Positions 10,401 through 21,088 of a stretch of 64,000 nt of DNA are shown here, piece after piece. Both the position numbers and the translations under genes were made by a program. The stretch is taken from the NCBI RefSeq assembly GCF_009931435.1, contig NZ_CP043414.1; one strand, 5' to 3'. How positions within the stretch are numbered: the stretch's first letter is position 1; every line of letters starts with the position of its first letter. A model generated the notes under the pieces. That model ran no database searches. It had not been told where the DNA came from and was given only the letters and a program-made list of their open reading frames with translations. This DNA is from Escherichia coli. GTDB taxonomy: Bacteria > Pseudomonadota > Gammaproteobacteria > Enterobacterales > Enterobacteriaceae.

Positions 10401-12400
10401 CGATTGGTGATTTTAACGGTGAATTGCGCGTCATGGCACAAGCATGGACGGCAGATGATTTCGGTAGCAACGAAAGCAAAGTGGTTGTTGCCGCACCGGT
10501 GATAGCAGAACTGAATATGCCGCGCTTTATGGCCAGCGGTGACACCTCACGTCTGACGCTGGATATCACTAATCTTACCGATAAACCGCAAAAACTGAAC
10601 GTTGCTCTGACCGCCAGTGGCTTGCTTGAACTGGTTAGCGATTCACCCGCAGCCGTTGAATTAGCGCCGGGCGTGCGAACCACGCTGTTTATCCCGGTGC
10701 GAGCATTGCCGGGTTATGGTGATGGTGAAATTCAGGCCACTATTAGCGGGTTAGCGTTACCGGGCGAAACCGCTGCCGATCAGCATAAGCAGTGGAAAAT
10801 GGGTGTCCGTCCGGCATTTCCGGCACAAACCGTCAATTACGGTACGGCGTTGCAGCCTGGTGAGACATGGGCGATTCCAGCTGATGGATTGCAAAACTTC
10901 TCGCCTGTTACGCTGGAAGGGCAATTGTTGTTGAGCGGCAAACCACCGTTGAATATTGCACGTTATATCAAAGAGTTAAAAGCGTATCCGTACGGTTGTC
11001 TGGAGCAAACCGCCAGCGGCCTGTTCCCGTCACTTTACACCAACGCAGCCCAACTGCAGGCGTTGGGAATCAAAGGCGACAGTGATGAGAAGCGCCGTAC
11101 GGCAGTCGATATCGGCATTTCTCGTTTACTGCAAATGCAACGTGATAACGGTGGCTTTGCGCTGTGGGATAAAAACGGTGATGAAGAGTACTGGCTGACG
11201 GCTTACGTGATGGATTTTCTGGTCCGCGCAGGTGAGCAGGGTTACAGCGTGCCGACAGAAGCCATTAACCGGGGGAATGAGCGTCTACTGCGCTATTTAC
11301 AAGATCCGGGCATGATGTCGATTCCGTATGCGGATAATCTCAAAGCCAGTAAATTCGCCGTACAGTCTTACGCTGCGCTGGTGCTGGCCCGTCAGCAAAA
11401 GGCACCGCTGGGTGCGCTGCGTGAAATCTGGGAGCATCGTGCCGATGCTGCGTCTGGATTACCGCTGCTGCAACTTGGCGTTGCGCTGAAAACCATGGGC
11501 GATGCAACGCGTGGTGAAGAAGCGATTGTGCTGGCGCTGAAAACGCCGCGCAATAGTGATGAGCGGATATGGCTGGGTGATTACGGAAGTCCACTGCGCG
11601 ACAACGCATTGATGCTCTCCTTGCTGGAAGAGAACAAATTGCTACCCGATGAGCAGTACCCTCTGCTGAACACACTTTCGCAGCAGGCGTTCGGTGAACG
11701 CTGGTTATCAACTCAGGAAAGTAACGCGCTGTTCCTGGCTGCCCGTACGATTCAGGATTTACCGGGCAAATGGCAGGCGCAAACGTCTTTCTCTGCTGAG
11801 CTGCTGACAGGTGAGAAAGCGCAAACCAGCAATCTGAATAGCGATCAACTTGCCACCTTACAGGTGACCAACAGTGGCGATCAGCCGTTATGGCTGCGTG
11901 TGGATGCCAGCGGATATCCGCAATCCGCCCCTTTACCGGCGAGCAATGTGCTGCAAATCGAGCGCCATATTCTTGGCACTGACGGTAAGAGCAAATCGCT
12001 GGATTCGTTACGTAGCGGCGATCTGGTACTGGTCTGGTTGCAGGTCAAAGCCAGTAACAGCGTGCCGGATGCTTTGGTCGTTGATTTACTGCCTGCTGGC
12101 CTGGAACTGGAAAACCAGAACCTGGCTAACGGCAGCGCCAGCCTGGAGCAAAGTGGTAGCGAAGTGCAAAACCTACTCAGTCAAATGCAACAAGCGAACA
12201 TTAAGCATATTGAGTTTCGTGACGATCGCTTTGTGGCGGCGGTTGCCGTTGATGAATATCAACCAGTCACGCTGGTGTATCTGGCGCGGGCGGTAACGCC
12301 GGGAACATACAATGTTCCGCAACCAATGGTGGAATCGATGTATGTTCCCCACTGGCGGGCGACTGGCGCGGCTGAAGATCTGTTGATTGTCAGACCGTAA
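7433..12400 (+). CDS. yfhM: Alpha-2-macroglobulin family lipoprotein YfhM (ECAM)
   Basis: 1655-aa ORF; lipoprotein signal with lipobox LAGC; intact thioester motif CLEQ (YPYGCLEQTASG, ~10997-11008); stop directly abuts pbpC start. Confidence 0.9.
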   Translation: MKKLRVAACMLMLALAGCDNDNNDNAPTAVKKDAPSEVTKAASSENASSAKLSAPERQKLAQQSAGKALTLLDLSEVQLDGAATLVLTFSIPLDPDQDFSRVIHVVDKKSGKVDGAWELSDNLKELRLRHLEPKRDLIVTIGKEVKALNNATFSKDYEKTITTRDIQPSVGFASRGSLLPGKVIEGLPVMALNVNNVDVNFFRVKPESLPAFISQWEYRNSLANWQSDKLLQMADLVYTGRFDLNPARNTREKLLLPLGDIKPLQQAGVYLAVMNQAGRYDYSNPATLFTLSDIGVSAHRYHNRLDIFTQSLENGAAQQGVEVSLLNEKGQTLTQATSDAQGHVQLENDKNAALLLARKDGQTTLLDLKLPALDLAEFNIAGAPGYNKQFFMFGPRDLYRPGETVILNGLLRDADGKALPDQPIKLDVIKPDGQVLRSVVSQPENGLYHFTWPLDSNAATGMWHIRANTGDNQYRMWDFHVEDFMPERMALNLTGEKTPLTPKDEVKFSVVGYYLYGAPANGNTLQGQLFLRPLREAVSALPGFEFGDIAAENLSRTLDEVQLTLDDKGRGEVSTESQWKETHSPLQVIFQGSLLESGGRPVTRRAEQAIWPADALPGIRPQFASKSVYDYRTDSTVKQPIVDEGSNAAFDIVYSDAQGVKKAVSGLQVRLIRERRDYYWNWSEDEGWQSQFDQKDLIENEQTLDLQADETGKVSFPVEWGAYRLEVKAPNEAVSSVRFWAGYSWQDNSDGSGAVRPDRVTLKLDKASYRPGDTIKLHIAAPTAGKGYAMVESSEGPLWWQEIDVPAQGLDLTIPVDKTWNRHDLYLSTLVVRPGDKSRSATPKRAVGVLHLPLGDENRRLDLALETPAKIRPNQPLTVKIKASNKNGEMPKQVNVLVSAVDSGVLNITDYVTPDPWQAFFGQKRYGADIYDIYGQVIEGQGRLAALRFGGDGDELKRGGKPPVNHVNIVAQQALPVTLNEQGEGTVTLPIGDFNGELRVMAQAWTADDFGSNESKVVVAAPVIAELNMPRFMASGDTSRLTLDITNLTDKPQKLNVALTASGLLELVSDSPAAVELAPGVRTTLFIPVRALPGYGDGEIQATISGLALPGETAADQHKQWKMGVRPAFPAQTVNYGTALQPGETWAIPADGLQNFSPVTLEGQLLLSGKPPLNIARYIKELKAYPYGCLEQTASGLFPSLYTNAAQLQALGIKGDSDEKRRTAVDIGISRLLQMQRDNGGFALWDKNGDEEYWLTAYVMDFLVRAGEQGYSVPTEAINRGNERLLRYLQDPGMMSIPYADNLKASKFAVQSYAALVLARQQKAPLGALREIWEHRADAASGLPLLQLGVALKTMGDATRGEEAIVLALKTPRNSDERIWLGDYGSPLRDNALMLSLLEENKLLPDEQYPLLNTLSQQAFGERWLSTQESNALFLAARTIQDLPGKWQAQTSFSAELLTGEKAQTSNLNSDQLATLQVTNSGDQPLWLRVDASGYPQSAPLPASNVLQIERHILGTDGKSKSLDSLRSGDLVLVWLQVKASNSVPDALVVDLLPAGLELENQNLANGSASLEQSGSEVQNLLSQMQQANIKHIEFRDDRFVAAVAVDEYQPVTLVYLARAVTPGTYNVPQPMVESMYVPHWRATGAAEDLLIVRP

Positions 12401-14713
12401 ATGCCTCGCCTGTTAACCAAACGCGGCTGCTGGATAGCGCTGGCAGCTGCGCCTTTTCTCCTTTTTTTTGCCGCGTGGGGAGCAGATAAACTCTGGCCCC
12501 TGCCATTGCATGAAGTCAATCCCGCACGCGTAGTCGTGGCGCAGGATGGTACGCCACTCTGGCGTTTCGCCGATGCTGAGGGCATCTGGCGCTATCCGGT
12601 AACCATCGAAGATGTCTCTCCGCGTTACCTTGAAGCACTGATCAATTATGAAGATCGCTGGTTCTGGAAGCATCCGGGGGTGAATCCATTCTCGGTGGCG
12701 CGCGCAGCATGGCAAGATCTCACTTCGGGACGGGTTATTTCCGGCGGCAGCACACTCACCATGCAGGTTGCTCGTCTGCTTGATCCTCACCCCAAAACTT
12801 TTGGCGGCAAAATTCGCCAGCTCTGGCGCGCGTTTCAACTGGAATGGCACTTGTCTAAACGTGACATTCTGACCTTGTATCTTAATCGCGCTCCGTTTGG
12901 TGGTACGTTGCAGGGGATCGGTGCGGCAAGTTGGGCATATCTCGGAAAATCGCCTGCGAATTTAAGCTATTCCGAGGCGGCAATGCTGGCGGTGTTACCA
13001 CAAGCGCCCAGCCGACTGCGTCCGGATCGCTGGCCGGAACGTGCCGAGGCCGCACGTAATAAAGTGCTCAATCGGATGGCTGCGCAAGGTGTGTGGTCCC
13101 GTGAGCAGGTAAAAGAATCTAGTGAAGAGCCCATCTGGTTGGCACCCAGACAAATGCCGCAACTGGCACCGCTGTTTTCGCGCATGATGCTCGGTAAAAG
13201 CAAAAGCGACAAAATCGTTACTACGCTGGATGCTGGTTTACAGCGTCGTCTGGAAGAACTGGCGCAAAACTGGAAAGGACGATTGCCACCGCGCAGTTCG
13301 TTGGCAATGATCGTTGTTGATCATACTGATATGAGTGTGCGCGGCTGGATAGGATCGGTTGATCTTAATGATGATTCCCGCTTTGGGCATGTCGATATGG
13401 TCAATGCGATCCGATCGCCGGGATCGGTACTCAAACCGTTTGTTTATGGTCTGGCGCTGGATGAAGGCTTGATCCACCCTGCATCGCTGTTGCAAGACGT
13501 TCCCCGGCGCACTGGTGATTATCGACCAGGCAACTTTGACAGCGGTTTTCATGGCCCGATCAGCATGAGTGAGGCGCTGGTGCGCTCGCTGAATTTACCT
13601 GCTGTGCAGGTGCTGGAAGCCTATGGACCGAAACGGTTTGCGGCAAAGTTACGCAATGTTGGATTGCCGTTATATTTGCCCAACGGTGCTGCACCGAATC
13701 TTTCGCTCATTCTCGGCGGCGCAGGTGCAAAACTGGAGGATATGGCTGCAGCGTATACCGCATTTGCTCGCCACGGTAAGGCGGGTAAGTTGCGCTTACA
13801 GCCGGGGGACCCATTACTTGAGCGACCGTTAATGTCGCCGGGGGCCGCGTGGATTATCCGCCGTATTATGGCAGATGAAGCGCAGCCGCTTCCGGATGGC
13901 GCTTTGCCACGCGTCGTACCACTGGCGTGGAAAACAGGAACCAGTTATGGCTATCGCGATGCATGGGCTATTGGCGTTAACGCTCGTTACGTAATTGGGA
14001 TCTGGACTGGCAGACCGGACGGTACGCCCGTTGTCGGTCAGTTTGGCTTTGCCAGCGCCGTACCGCTGTTGAATCAGGTCAATAATATCTTACTGTCGCG
14101 CAGTGCGAATCTGCCGGAAGACCCGCGTCCTGATTCTGTAAGCCGTGGCGTTATCTGCTGGCCTGGTGGGCAATCATTGCCAGAAGGCGATAGCAATTGC
14201 CGCCGTCGTCTTGCCACCTGGCTGCTCGAAGATAGCCAGCCACCAACATTACTTTTACCGGAGCAAGAAGGAATAAGTGGGATTCGTTTCCCCATCTGGC
14301 TTGATGAGCAAGGCAAACGTGTTGCCGCTGATTGTCCTCAGGCTCGACAAGAAATGATTAATGTCTGGCCATTACCACTTGAACCCTGGCTACCTGCTGC
14401 TGAACGACGAGCAGCGCGCTTACCTGGGGCATCAACAAATTGCCCGCCGTATGGTCGTGATGCTCAGGTACCTTTACAGTTGATTGGTGTGCGTGATGGC
14501 GTAATTATCAAACGTCTGCCAGGAGCTACTGATGCGTCATTACCAGTACAATTAAGCGGAGGAACAGGCGAACGCTGGTGGTTTCTTAATGGTGAACCGT
14601 TAGCTGAACGCGGGCGTAACGTGACTCTGCATTTGACAGAGAAAGGCGATTATCAATTGCTGGTAATGGACGAAATGGGGCAGGTGGCGACAGTGAGATT
14701 TGTCATGCAGTAG
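12401..14713 (+). CDS. pbpC: Penicillin-binding protein 1C (bifunctional glycosyltransferase/transpeptidase)
   Basis: 770-aa ORF starting immediately after the yfhM stop; N-terminal TM segment; glycosyltransferase region RFWKHPGVNP and SXXK-type transpeptidase region. Confidence 0.9.
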   Translation: MPRLLTKRGCWIALAAAPFLLFFAAWGADKLWPLPLHEVNPARVVVAQDGTPLWRFADAEGIWRYPVTIEDVSPRYLEALINYEDRWFWKHPGVNPFSVARAAWQDLTSGRVISGGSTLTMQVARLLDPHPKTFGGKIRQLWRAFQLEWHLSKRDILTLYLNRAPFGGTLQGIGAASWAYLGKSPANLSYSEAAMLAVLPQAPSRLRPDRWPERAEAARNKVLNRMAAQGVWSREQVKESSEEPIWLAPRQMPQLAPLFSRMMLGKSKSDKIVTTLDAGLQRRLEELAQNWKGRLPPRSSLAMIVVDHTDMSVRGWIGSVDLNDDSRFGHVDMVNAIRSPGSVLKPFVYGLALDEGLIHPASLLQDVPRRTGDYRPGNFDSGFHGPISMSEALVRSLNLPAVQVLEAYGPKRFAAKLRNVGLPLYLPNGAAPNLSLILGGAGAKLEDMAAAYTAFARHGKAGKLRLQPGDPLLERPLMSPGAAWIIRRIMADEAQPLPDGALPRVVPLAWKTGTSYGYRDAWAIGVNARYVIGIWTGRPDGTPVVGQFGFASAVPLLNQVNNILLSRSANLPEDPRPDSVSRGVICWPGGQSLPEGDSNCRRRLATWLLEDSQPPTLLLPEQEGISGIRFPIWLDEQGKRVAADCPQARQEMINVWPLPLEPWLPAAERRAARLPGASTNCPPYGRDAQVPLQLIGVRDGVIIKRLPGATDASLPVQLSGGTGERWWFLNGEPLAERGRNVTLHLTEKGDYQLLVMDEMGQVATVRFVMQ

Positions 14714-14861
14714 TCTGTTTTGCTCATATTTGTTGCTTAAACTCGTTTTATTTTAAAAAAATGTTACCTTCATCAATAGTCAACGGCCCTGTTGCTCATT
14801 ATAATCCGCGCCATCTCGTACGCTGGTACAGACAACAACAGAATAATTTACAGAGGTAAAA

Positions 14862-15293
14862 ATGGCTATTGAACGTACTTTTTCCATCATCAAACCGAAC
14901 GCGGTAGCAAAAAACGTCATTGGCAATATCTTTGCGCGCTTTGAAGCTGCAGGGTTCAAAATTGTCGGCACCAAAATGCTGCACCTGACCGTTGAACAGG
15001 CTCGTGGCTTTTATGCTGAACACGATGGAAAACCGTTCTTTGATGGTCTGGTTGAATTCATGACCTCTGGCCCGATCGTGGTTTCCGTGCTGGAGGGTGA
15101 AAACGCCGTTCAGCGTCACCGCGATCTGCTGGGCGCGACCAATCCGGCAAACGCACTGGCCGGTACTCTGCGTGCTGATTACGCTGACAGCCTGACCGAA
15201 AATGGTACCCACGGTTCTGATTCCGTCGAATCTGCCGCTCGCGAAATCGCTTATTTCTTCGGCGAAGGCGAAGTGTGCCCGCGCACCCGTTAA
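14862..15293 (+). CDS. ndk: Nucleoside diphosphate kinase
   Basis: 143-aa [18 protein letters not shown]...; catalytic-histidine region NGTHGSDS. Confidence 0.95.
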
Positions 15294-15351
15294 TAATTTC
15301 GTAAATGCCGCGTGCAAACGTGGCATCCATGCGCCAGAATTTGTACAATGC

Positions 15352-15397
15352 AGCGCCCCCGGACGAGCAGCCGCTCACCGGGGCGTTTCTTTTTTCA
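15352..15397 (+). terminator. Probable ndk terminator (GC-rich hairpin then tttcttttttc)
   Basis: Stem-loop with T-tract about 60 nt after ndk stop. Confidence 0.5.
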
Positions 15398-15442
15398 ACC
15401 CTCCAGGGGCCATAACGTGTAATAACGAGGCCGGAATAGCAT

Positions 15443-16597
15443 ATGTCTGAACAATTAGTCACACCTGAAAACGTCACCACGAAAGATGGAAAAATCAACC
15501 TGCTGGATCTCAACCGTCAGCAGATGCGGGAGTTTTTTAAAGATTTAGGTGAAAAACCCTTCCGCGCCGATCAGGTGATGAAGTGGATGTATCACTATTG
15601 CTGCGACAACTTTGATGAGATGACCGACATCAACAAAGTGTTGCGCGGTAAACTAAAAGAGGTGGCGGAAATCCGCGCACCGGAAGTGGTTGAAGAACAG
15701 CGTTCATCTGACGGCACCATTAAATGGGCGATTGCCGTTGGCGATCAGCGCGTCGAAACGGTGTATATCCCGGAAGACGACCGTGCCACGCTTTGCGTTT
15801 CCTCGCAGGTGGGGTGTGCGCTGGAGTGTAAATTCTGTTCCACCGCCCAGCAGGGCTTTAACCGCAATCTGCGGGTGTCGGAAATTATCGGCCAGGTGTG
15901 GCGTGCAGCGAAAATCGTTGGCGCAGCAAAAGTCACCGGTCAGCGCCCAATCACTAACGTAGTGATGATGGGTATGGGCGAGCCGCTGCTCAACCTGAAC
16001 AACGTCGTTCCGGCGATGGAAATCATGCTCGATGATTTCGGTTTTGGTCTGTCTAAACGTCGCGTTACGCTCTCTACATCAGGCGTTGTTCCGGCGCTGG
16101 ATAAACTGGGCGATATGATCGACGTAGCGCTGGCAATTTCCCTGCATGCGCCGAACGACGAAATTCGTGACGAAATTGTGCCGATCAACAAAAAGTACAA
16201 TATCGAAACGTTCCTTGCTGCGGTGCGCCGCTATCTGGAGAAATCTAACGCCAATCAGGGCCGAGTCACTATTGAATACGTGATGCTTGATCACGTTAAC
16301 GACGGCACTGAACACGCGCACCAACTGGCGGAGCTGCTGAAAGATACGCCGTGTAAGATCAACCTGATCCCGTGGAACCCGTTCCCTGGCGCGCCGTATG
16401 GACGCAGCTCAAACAGTCGTATCGACCGTTTCTCTAAAGTGCTGATGAGCTACGGTTTCACCACTATTGTGCGTAAAACTCGTGGTGATGATATCGATGC
16501 TGCCTGTGGTCAGTTGGCGGGCGATGTTATCGACCGTACGAAACGTACCCTGCGTAAACGAATGCAGGGTGAGGCCATCGACATTAAAGCGGTCTGA
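15443..16597 (+). CDS. rlmN: Dual-specificity rRNA/tRNA adenosine C2 methyltransferase RlmN (radical SAM)
   Basis: 384-aa ORF; radical-SAM cysteine motif [14 protein letters not shown]. Confidence 0.95.
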
Positions 16598-16603
16598 TAG
16601 CCA

Positions 16604-16645
16604 TTACGCCACGGTTACTTTATGTACCGTGGCGTAATCTTTTAT
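16604..16645 (+). terminator. rlmN rho-independent terminator (ttacgccacggt ... accgtggcgtaa then tctttt)
   Basis: Perfect 12-bp inverted repeat 7 nt after rlmN stop followed by a T-run. Confidence 0.6.
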
Positions 16646-16881
16646 GAATGAAGTATTAAGTTGCAATTGTCTGGTCAATATTAACGGTGCGTTTTTGCTG
16701 ACTTTAAGGCAGTATGTAACGATGCAACAGTAAGTTAGCCTTAGTGAATGTGGGCTTTGTCACGAGCACACAGACGGTCTTATACTGTATGATAACGGTT
16801 AACTTAACGGATGTTTCGCGGTGTGGGTGAGCATGATGGTTCACCGGCATCTCAATTCTCATTTAAACGTACCTGCAGCGA

Positions 16882-17895
16882 ATGAATACTGAAGCCACGC
16901 ACGACCAAAATGAAGCACTTACTACCGGCGCTCGCCTGCGTAATGCTCGCGAACAACTAGGACTTAGTCAGCAGGCCGTTGCTGAGCGACTTTGCCTGAA
17001 GGTTTCCACGGTACGCGACATTGAAGAAGATAAGGCACCTGCCGATCTTGCTTCAACATTCCTGCGCGGATATATCCGCTCTTATGCGCGTCTGGTACAT
17101 ATTCCAGAAGAAGAACTGCTACCGGGGCTGGAAAAACAGGCTCCACTACGAGCTGCAAAAGTTGCGCCGATGCAGAGTTTTTCCCTCGGTAAACGCCGCA
17201 AAAAACGTGACGGCTGGCTGATGACCTTCACCTGGCTGGTGTTGTTTGTGGTTATTGGCCTGAGCGGTGCCTGGTGGTGGCAAGACCACAAAGCTCAGCA
17301 GGAAGAGATCACTACTATGGCCGATCAATCTTCTGCGGAACTGAGCAGTAATAACGAACAGGGGCAGAGTGTTCCGTTAGATACGTCGACAACCACAGAC
17401 CCGACTACGACGTCCACGCCGCCAGCGTCTGTGGATACTACCGCAACTAACACGCAAACACCTGCCATAACTTCGCCAGCACCAGCTGTTGATTCACAAC
17501 AGAATGCAGTTGTTTCACCTTCGCAGGCAAATGTTGATACCGCTGCGACCCCGGCACCAACGGCAACAACAACGCCAGATGGTGCTGCGCCGTTGCCAAC
17601 CGATCAGGCTGGCGTGACCACGCCGGCGGCTGACCCGAATGCGTTGGTGATGAACTTTACTGCCGATTGCTGGCTGGAAGTCACTGACGCTACCGGTAAA
17701 AAACTGTTTAGCGGTATGCAGCGTAAAGACGGTAATTTGAACTTAACCGGCCAGGCTCCGTACAAACTGAAAATTGGTGCGCCAGCCGCAGTACAGATCC
17801 AGTATCAAGGGAAACCTGTCGATCTGAGTCGTTTTATCAGAACTAACCAGGTTGCGCGTCTGACCCTAAATGCCGAACAATCACCGGCGCAGTAA
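16882..17895 (+). CDS. rodZ: Cytoskeleton protein RodZ (HTH-TM-periplasmic domain)
   Basis: 337-aa ORF; N-terminal HTH ([12 protein letters not shown]), single [24 protein letters not shown], Pro/Thr/Ala-rich linker. Confidence 0.9.
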   Translation: MNTEATHDQNEALTTGARLRNAREQLGLSQQAVAERLCLKVSTVRDIEEDKAPADLASTFLRGYIRSYARLVHIPEEELLPGLEKQAPLRAAKVAPMQSFSLGKRRKKRDGWLMTFTWLVLFVVIGLSGAWWWQDHKAQQEEITTMADQSSAELSSNNEQGQSVPLDTSTTTDPTTTSTPPASVDTTATNTQTPAITSPAPAVDSQQNAVVSPSQANVDTAATPAPTATTTPDGAAPLPTDQAGVTTPAADPNALVMNFTADCWLEVTDATGKKLFSGMQRKDGNLNLTGQAPYKLKIGAPAAVQIQYQGKPVDLSRFIRTNQVARLTLNAEQSPAQ

Positions 17896-17921
17896 CAGAC
17901 GGGTAACGCGGGAGATTTTTC

Positions 17922-19040
17922 ATGCATAACCAGGCTCCAATTCAACGTAGAAAATCAACACGTATTTACGTTGGGAATGTGCCGATTGGCGATGGTGCCC
18001 CCATCGCCGTACAGTCCATGACCAATACGCGTACGACAGACGTCGAAGCTACGGTCAATCAAATTAAGGCGCTGGAACGTGTTGGCGCTGATATCGTCCG
18101 TGTCTCCGTACCGACGATGGACGCGGCAGAAGCGTTCAAGCTCATCAAACAACAGGTTAACGTGCCGCTGGTGGCTGACATCCACTTCGACTATCGCATT
18201 GCGCTGAAAGTAGCGGAATACGGCGTCGATTGTCTGCGTATTAACCCTGGCAATATCGGCAATGAAGAACGCATCCGCATGGTGGTTGACTGTGCGCGCG
18301 ATAAAAACATTCCGATCCGTATTGGCGTTAACGCTGGATCGCTGGAAAAAGATCTGCAAGAAAAGTATGGCGAACCGACGCCGCAGGCGTTGCTGGAATC
18401 TGCCATGCGTCATGTTGATCATCTCGATCGCCTGAACTTCGATCAGTTCAAAGTCAGCGTGAAAGCGTCTGACGTCTTCCTCGCTGTTGAGTCTTATCGT
18501 TTGCTGGCAAAACAGATCGATCAACCGCTGCATCTTGGGATCACCGAAGCGGGTGGCGCACGTAGTGGGGCAGTAAAATCTGCCATTGGTTTAGGCCTGC
18601 TGCTGTCTGAAGGCATCGGCGACACGCTGCGCGTATCGCTGGCGGCCGATCCGGTCGAAGAGATCAAAGTCGGTTTCGATATTTTGAAATCGCTGCGTAT
18701 CCGTTCGCGCGGGATCAACTTCATCGCCTGCCCGACCTGTTCGCGTCAGGAGTTTGACGTTATCGGTACGGTTAACGCCCTGGAGCAACGCCTGGAAGAT
18801 ATCATCACCCCGATGGACGTTTCGATTATCGGCTGCGTGGTGAATGGACCAGGTGAGGCGCTGGTTTCTACACTCGGCGTCACCGGCGGCAACAAGAAAA
18901 GCGGCCTCTATGAAGATGGCGTGCGCAAAGACCGTCTGGACAACAACGATATGATCGACCAGCTGGAAGCGCGCATTCGTGCGAAAGCCAGCCAACTGGA
19001 TGAAGCGCGTCGAATTGACGTTCAGCAGGTTGAAAAATAA
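17922..19040 (+). CDS. ispG: 4-hydroxy-3-methylbut-2-enyl diphosphate synthase IspG (GcpE)
   Basis: 372-aa [31 protein letters not shown]...; conserved CPTCSR cysteine region. Confidence 0.95.
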
Positions 19041-19150
19041 TAACGTGATGGGAAGCGCCTCGCTTCCCGTGTATGATTGAACCCGCATGGCTCCCGAAAT
19101 ATTGAGGGGCGCGTTGAGGGTTCATTTTTATATTCAGAAAGAGAATAAAC

Positions 19151-20440
19151 GTGTCGAAGAAAATTCAGTCTGTACGCGGTATGAATGATTATTTGCCAGT
19201 GGAAACCGCTGTATGGCAACGCGTTGAGCGCATAATTAAAAGCGTTGTTGAGTCTTACGGATACAGTGAGATTCGCACACCTATTCTTGAGCAAACGCCA
19301 CTGTTTAAGCGCGCTATCGGTGAAGTTACCGATGTTGTTGAAAAGGAGATGTACACCTTCAACGATCGTGAGCGTGATGCAAAAGAGGTTGTCTCGTTAA
19401 CTCTTCGCCCTGAAGGTACAGCAGGATGTGTACGCGCCGGTATAGAGCATGGCCTTCTGTACAATCAGGAACAGCGTTTGTGGTATATGGGGCCGATGTT
19501 CCGTCACGAACGCCCGCAAAAAGGTCGTTATCGACAGTTCCACCAAATCGGTCTCGAAGTTTTTGGCCTACAGGGTCCAGATATCGACGCCGAACTCATT
19601 ATGCTTACTGCTCGTTGGTGGCGTGAACTGGGTATCTCTGAACACGTAACTCTTGAGCTGAACTCTATCGGTTCGCTGGAAGCACGCGCCAATTATCGCG
19701 ATGCGCTGGTTGCATTCCTTGAGCAGCATAAAGAAAAGCTGGACGAAGACTGCAAACGCCGCATGTACACTAACCCGCTGCGCGTGCTGGATTCCAAAAA
19801 TCCGGAAGTGCAGGCCCTTCTCAACGACGCCCCAGCATTAGGTGACTATCTTGACGAGGAATCTCGTGAGCACTTTGCTGGTCTGTGCAAACTGCTGGAG
19901 AGCGCGGGTATCGCTTACACCGTAAACCAGCGTCTGGTGCGTGGTCTGGATTACTATAACCGTACTGTTTTTGAGTGGGTGACTAACAGCCTCGGTTCCC
20001 AGGGCACCGTGTGCGCAGGCGGTCGTTATGACGGTCTGGTGGAACAACTGGGTGGTCGTGCAACACCGGCAGTCGGTTTCGCGATGGGCCTCGAACGTCT
20101 TGTATTGTTAGTTCAGGCCGTTAATCCGGAATTTAAAGCCGATCCTGTTGTCGATATATATCTGGTGGCTTCAGGTGCTGACACACAATCTGCGGCTATG
20201 GCATTAGCAGAGCGTCTGCGTGATGAATTACCGGGCGTGAAACTGATGACCAACCACGGCGGCGGCAACTTTAAGAAGCAGTTTGCCCGTGCTGATAAAT
20301 GGGGCGCCCGCGTTGCTGTGGTGCTGGGTGAGTCTGAAGTGGCTAACGGCACAGCAGTAGTGAAGGATTTGCGCTCTGGTGAGCAAACGGCAGTTGCGCA
20401 GGATAGCGTAGCCGCGCATTTGCGCACGTTACTGGGTTAA
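19151..20440 (+). CDS. hisS: Histidine--tRNA ligase
   Basis: 429-aa ORF with GTG start at 19151; class II aminoacyl-tRNA synthetase motifs. Confidence 0.95.
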   Translation: MSKKIQSVRGMNDYLPVETAVWQRVERIIKSVVESYGYSEIRTPILEQTPLFKRAIGEVTDVVEKEMYTFNDRERDAKEVVSLTLRPEGTAGCVRAGIEHGLLYNQEQRLWYMGPMFRHERPQKGRYRQFHQIGLEVFGLQGPDIDAELIMLTARWWRELGISEHVTLELNSIGSLEARANYRDALVAFLEQHKEKLDEDCKRRMYTNPLRVLDSKNPEVQALLNDAPALGDYLDEESREHFAGLCKLLESAGIAYTVNQRLVRGLDYYNRTVFEWVTNSLGSQGTVCAGGRYDGLVEQLGGRATPAVGFAMGLERLVLLVQAVNPEFKADPVVDIYLVASGADTQSAAMALAERLRDELPGVKLMTNHGGGNFKKQFARADKWGARVAVVLGESEVANGTAVVKDLRSGEQTAVAQDSVAAHLRTLLG

Positions 20441-20457
20441 GGAAGGAGAAGGACAGC

Positions 20458-21078
20458 GTGGAAATTTACGAGAACGAAAACGACCAGGTTGAAGCGGTTA
20501 AACGCTTTTTTGCTGAAAATGGCAAAGCACTGGCTGTTGGGGTGATTTTGGGCGTTGGCGCATTGATTGGCTGGCGCTACTGGAACAGCCATCAGGTTGA
20601 TTCTACACGCTCCGCTTCTCTTGCCTATCAAAATGCGGTTACCGCAGTGAGCGAAGGCAAACCGGATAGCATCCCGGCGGCGGAAAAATTTGCTGCTGAA
20701 AATAAAAATACCTATGGTGCGCTGGCTTCTTTGGAACTTGCGCAGCAATTTGTTGACAAAAATGAACTAGAGAAAGCTGCCACCCAGTTACAACAGGGAT
20801 TGGCAGACACGAGCGATGAAAATCTCAAAGCCGTGATAAATCTGCGTCTTGCCCGCGTTCAGGTACAGCTCAAGCAGGCTGATGCCGCGCTGAAAACCCT
20901 CGATACCATCAAAGGTGAAGGGTGGGCTGCCATTGTTGCCGACCTGCGTGGCGAAGCATTGCTGAGCAAAGGTGATAAGCAAGGTGCGCGTAGTGCATGG
21001 GAAGCTGGCGTGAAAAGCGATGTTACCCCGGCACTGAGCGAAATGATGCAGATGAAAATTAATAATTTGTCCATCTGA
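20458..21078 (+). CDS. yfgM: YfgM (membrane-anchored TPR-like ancillary protein)
   Basis: 206-aa ORF with GTG start at 20458; N-terminal TM (ALAVGVILGVGALIGW); conserved position between hisS and bamB. Confidence 0.85.
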   Translation: MEIYENENDQVEAVKRFFAENGKALAVGVILGVGALIGWRYWNSHQVDSTRSASLAYQNAVTAVSEGKPDSIPAAEKFAAENKNTYGALASLELAQQFVDKNELEKAATQLQQGLADTSDENLKAVINLRLARVQVQLKQADAALKTLDTIKGEGWAAIVADLRGEALLSKGDKQGARSAWEAGVKSDVTPALSEMMQMKINNLSI

Positions 21079-21088
21079 GAGGGACCCG

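Noticed and set aside
12413-12850. 145-aa minus-strand ORF at the yfhM/pbpC junction
   Set aside because: Antisense to the start of pbpC; no support
17955-18533. 192-aa minus-strand ORF antisense to ispG
   Set aside because: Shadow ORF within a conserved essential gene
19049-19068. Hairpin gggaagcgcctcgcttccc just after ispG, as a possible terminator
   Set aside because: No T-tract follows; may be an mRNA-stabilising structure, but a terminator call is not supported
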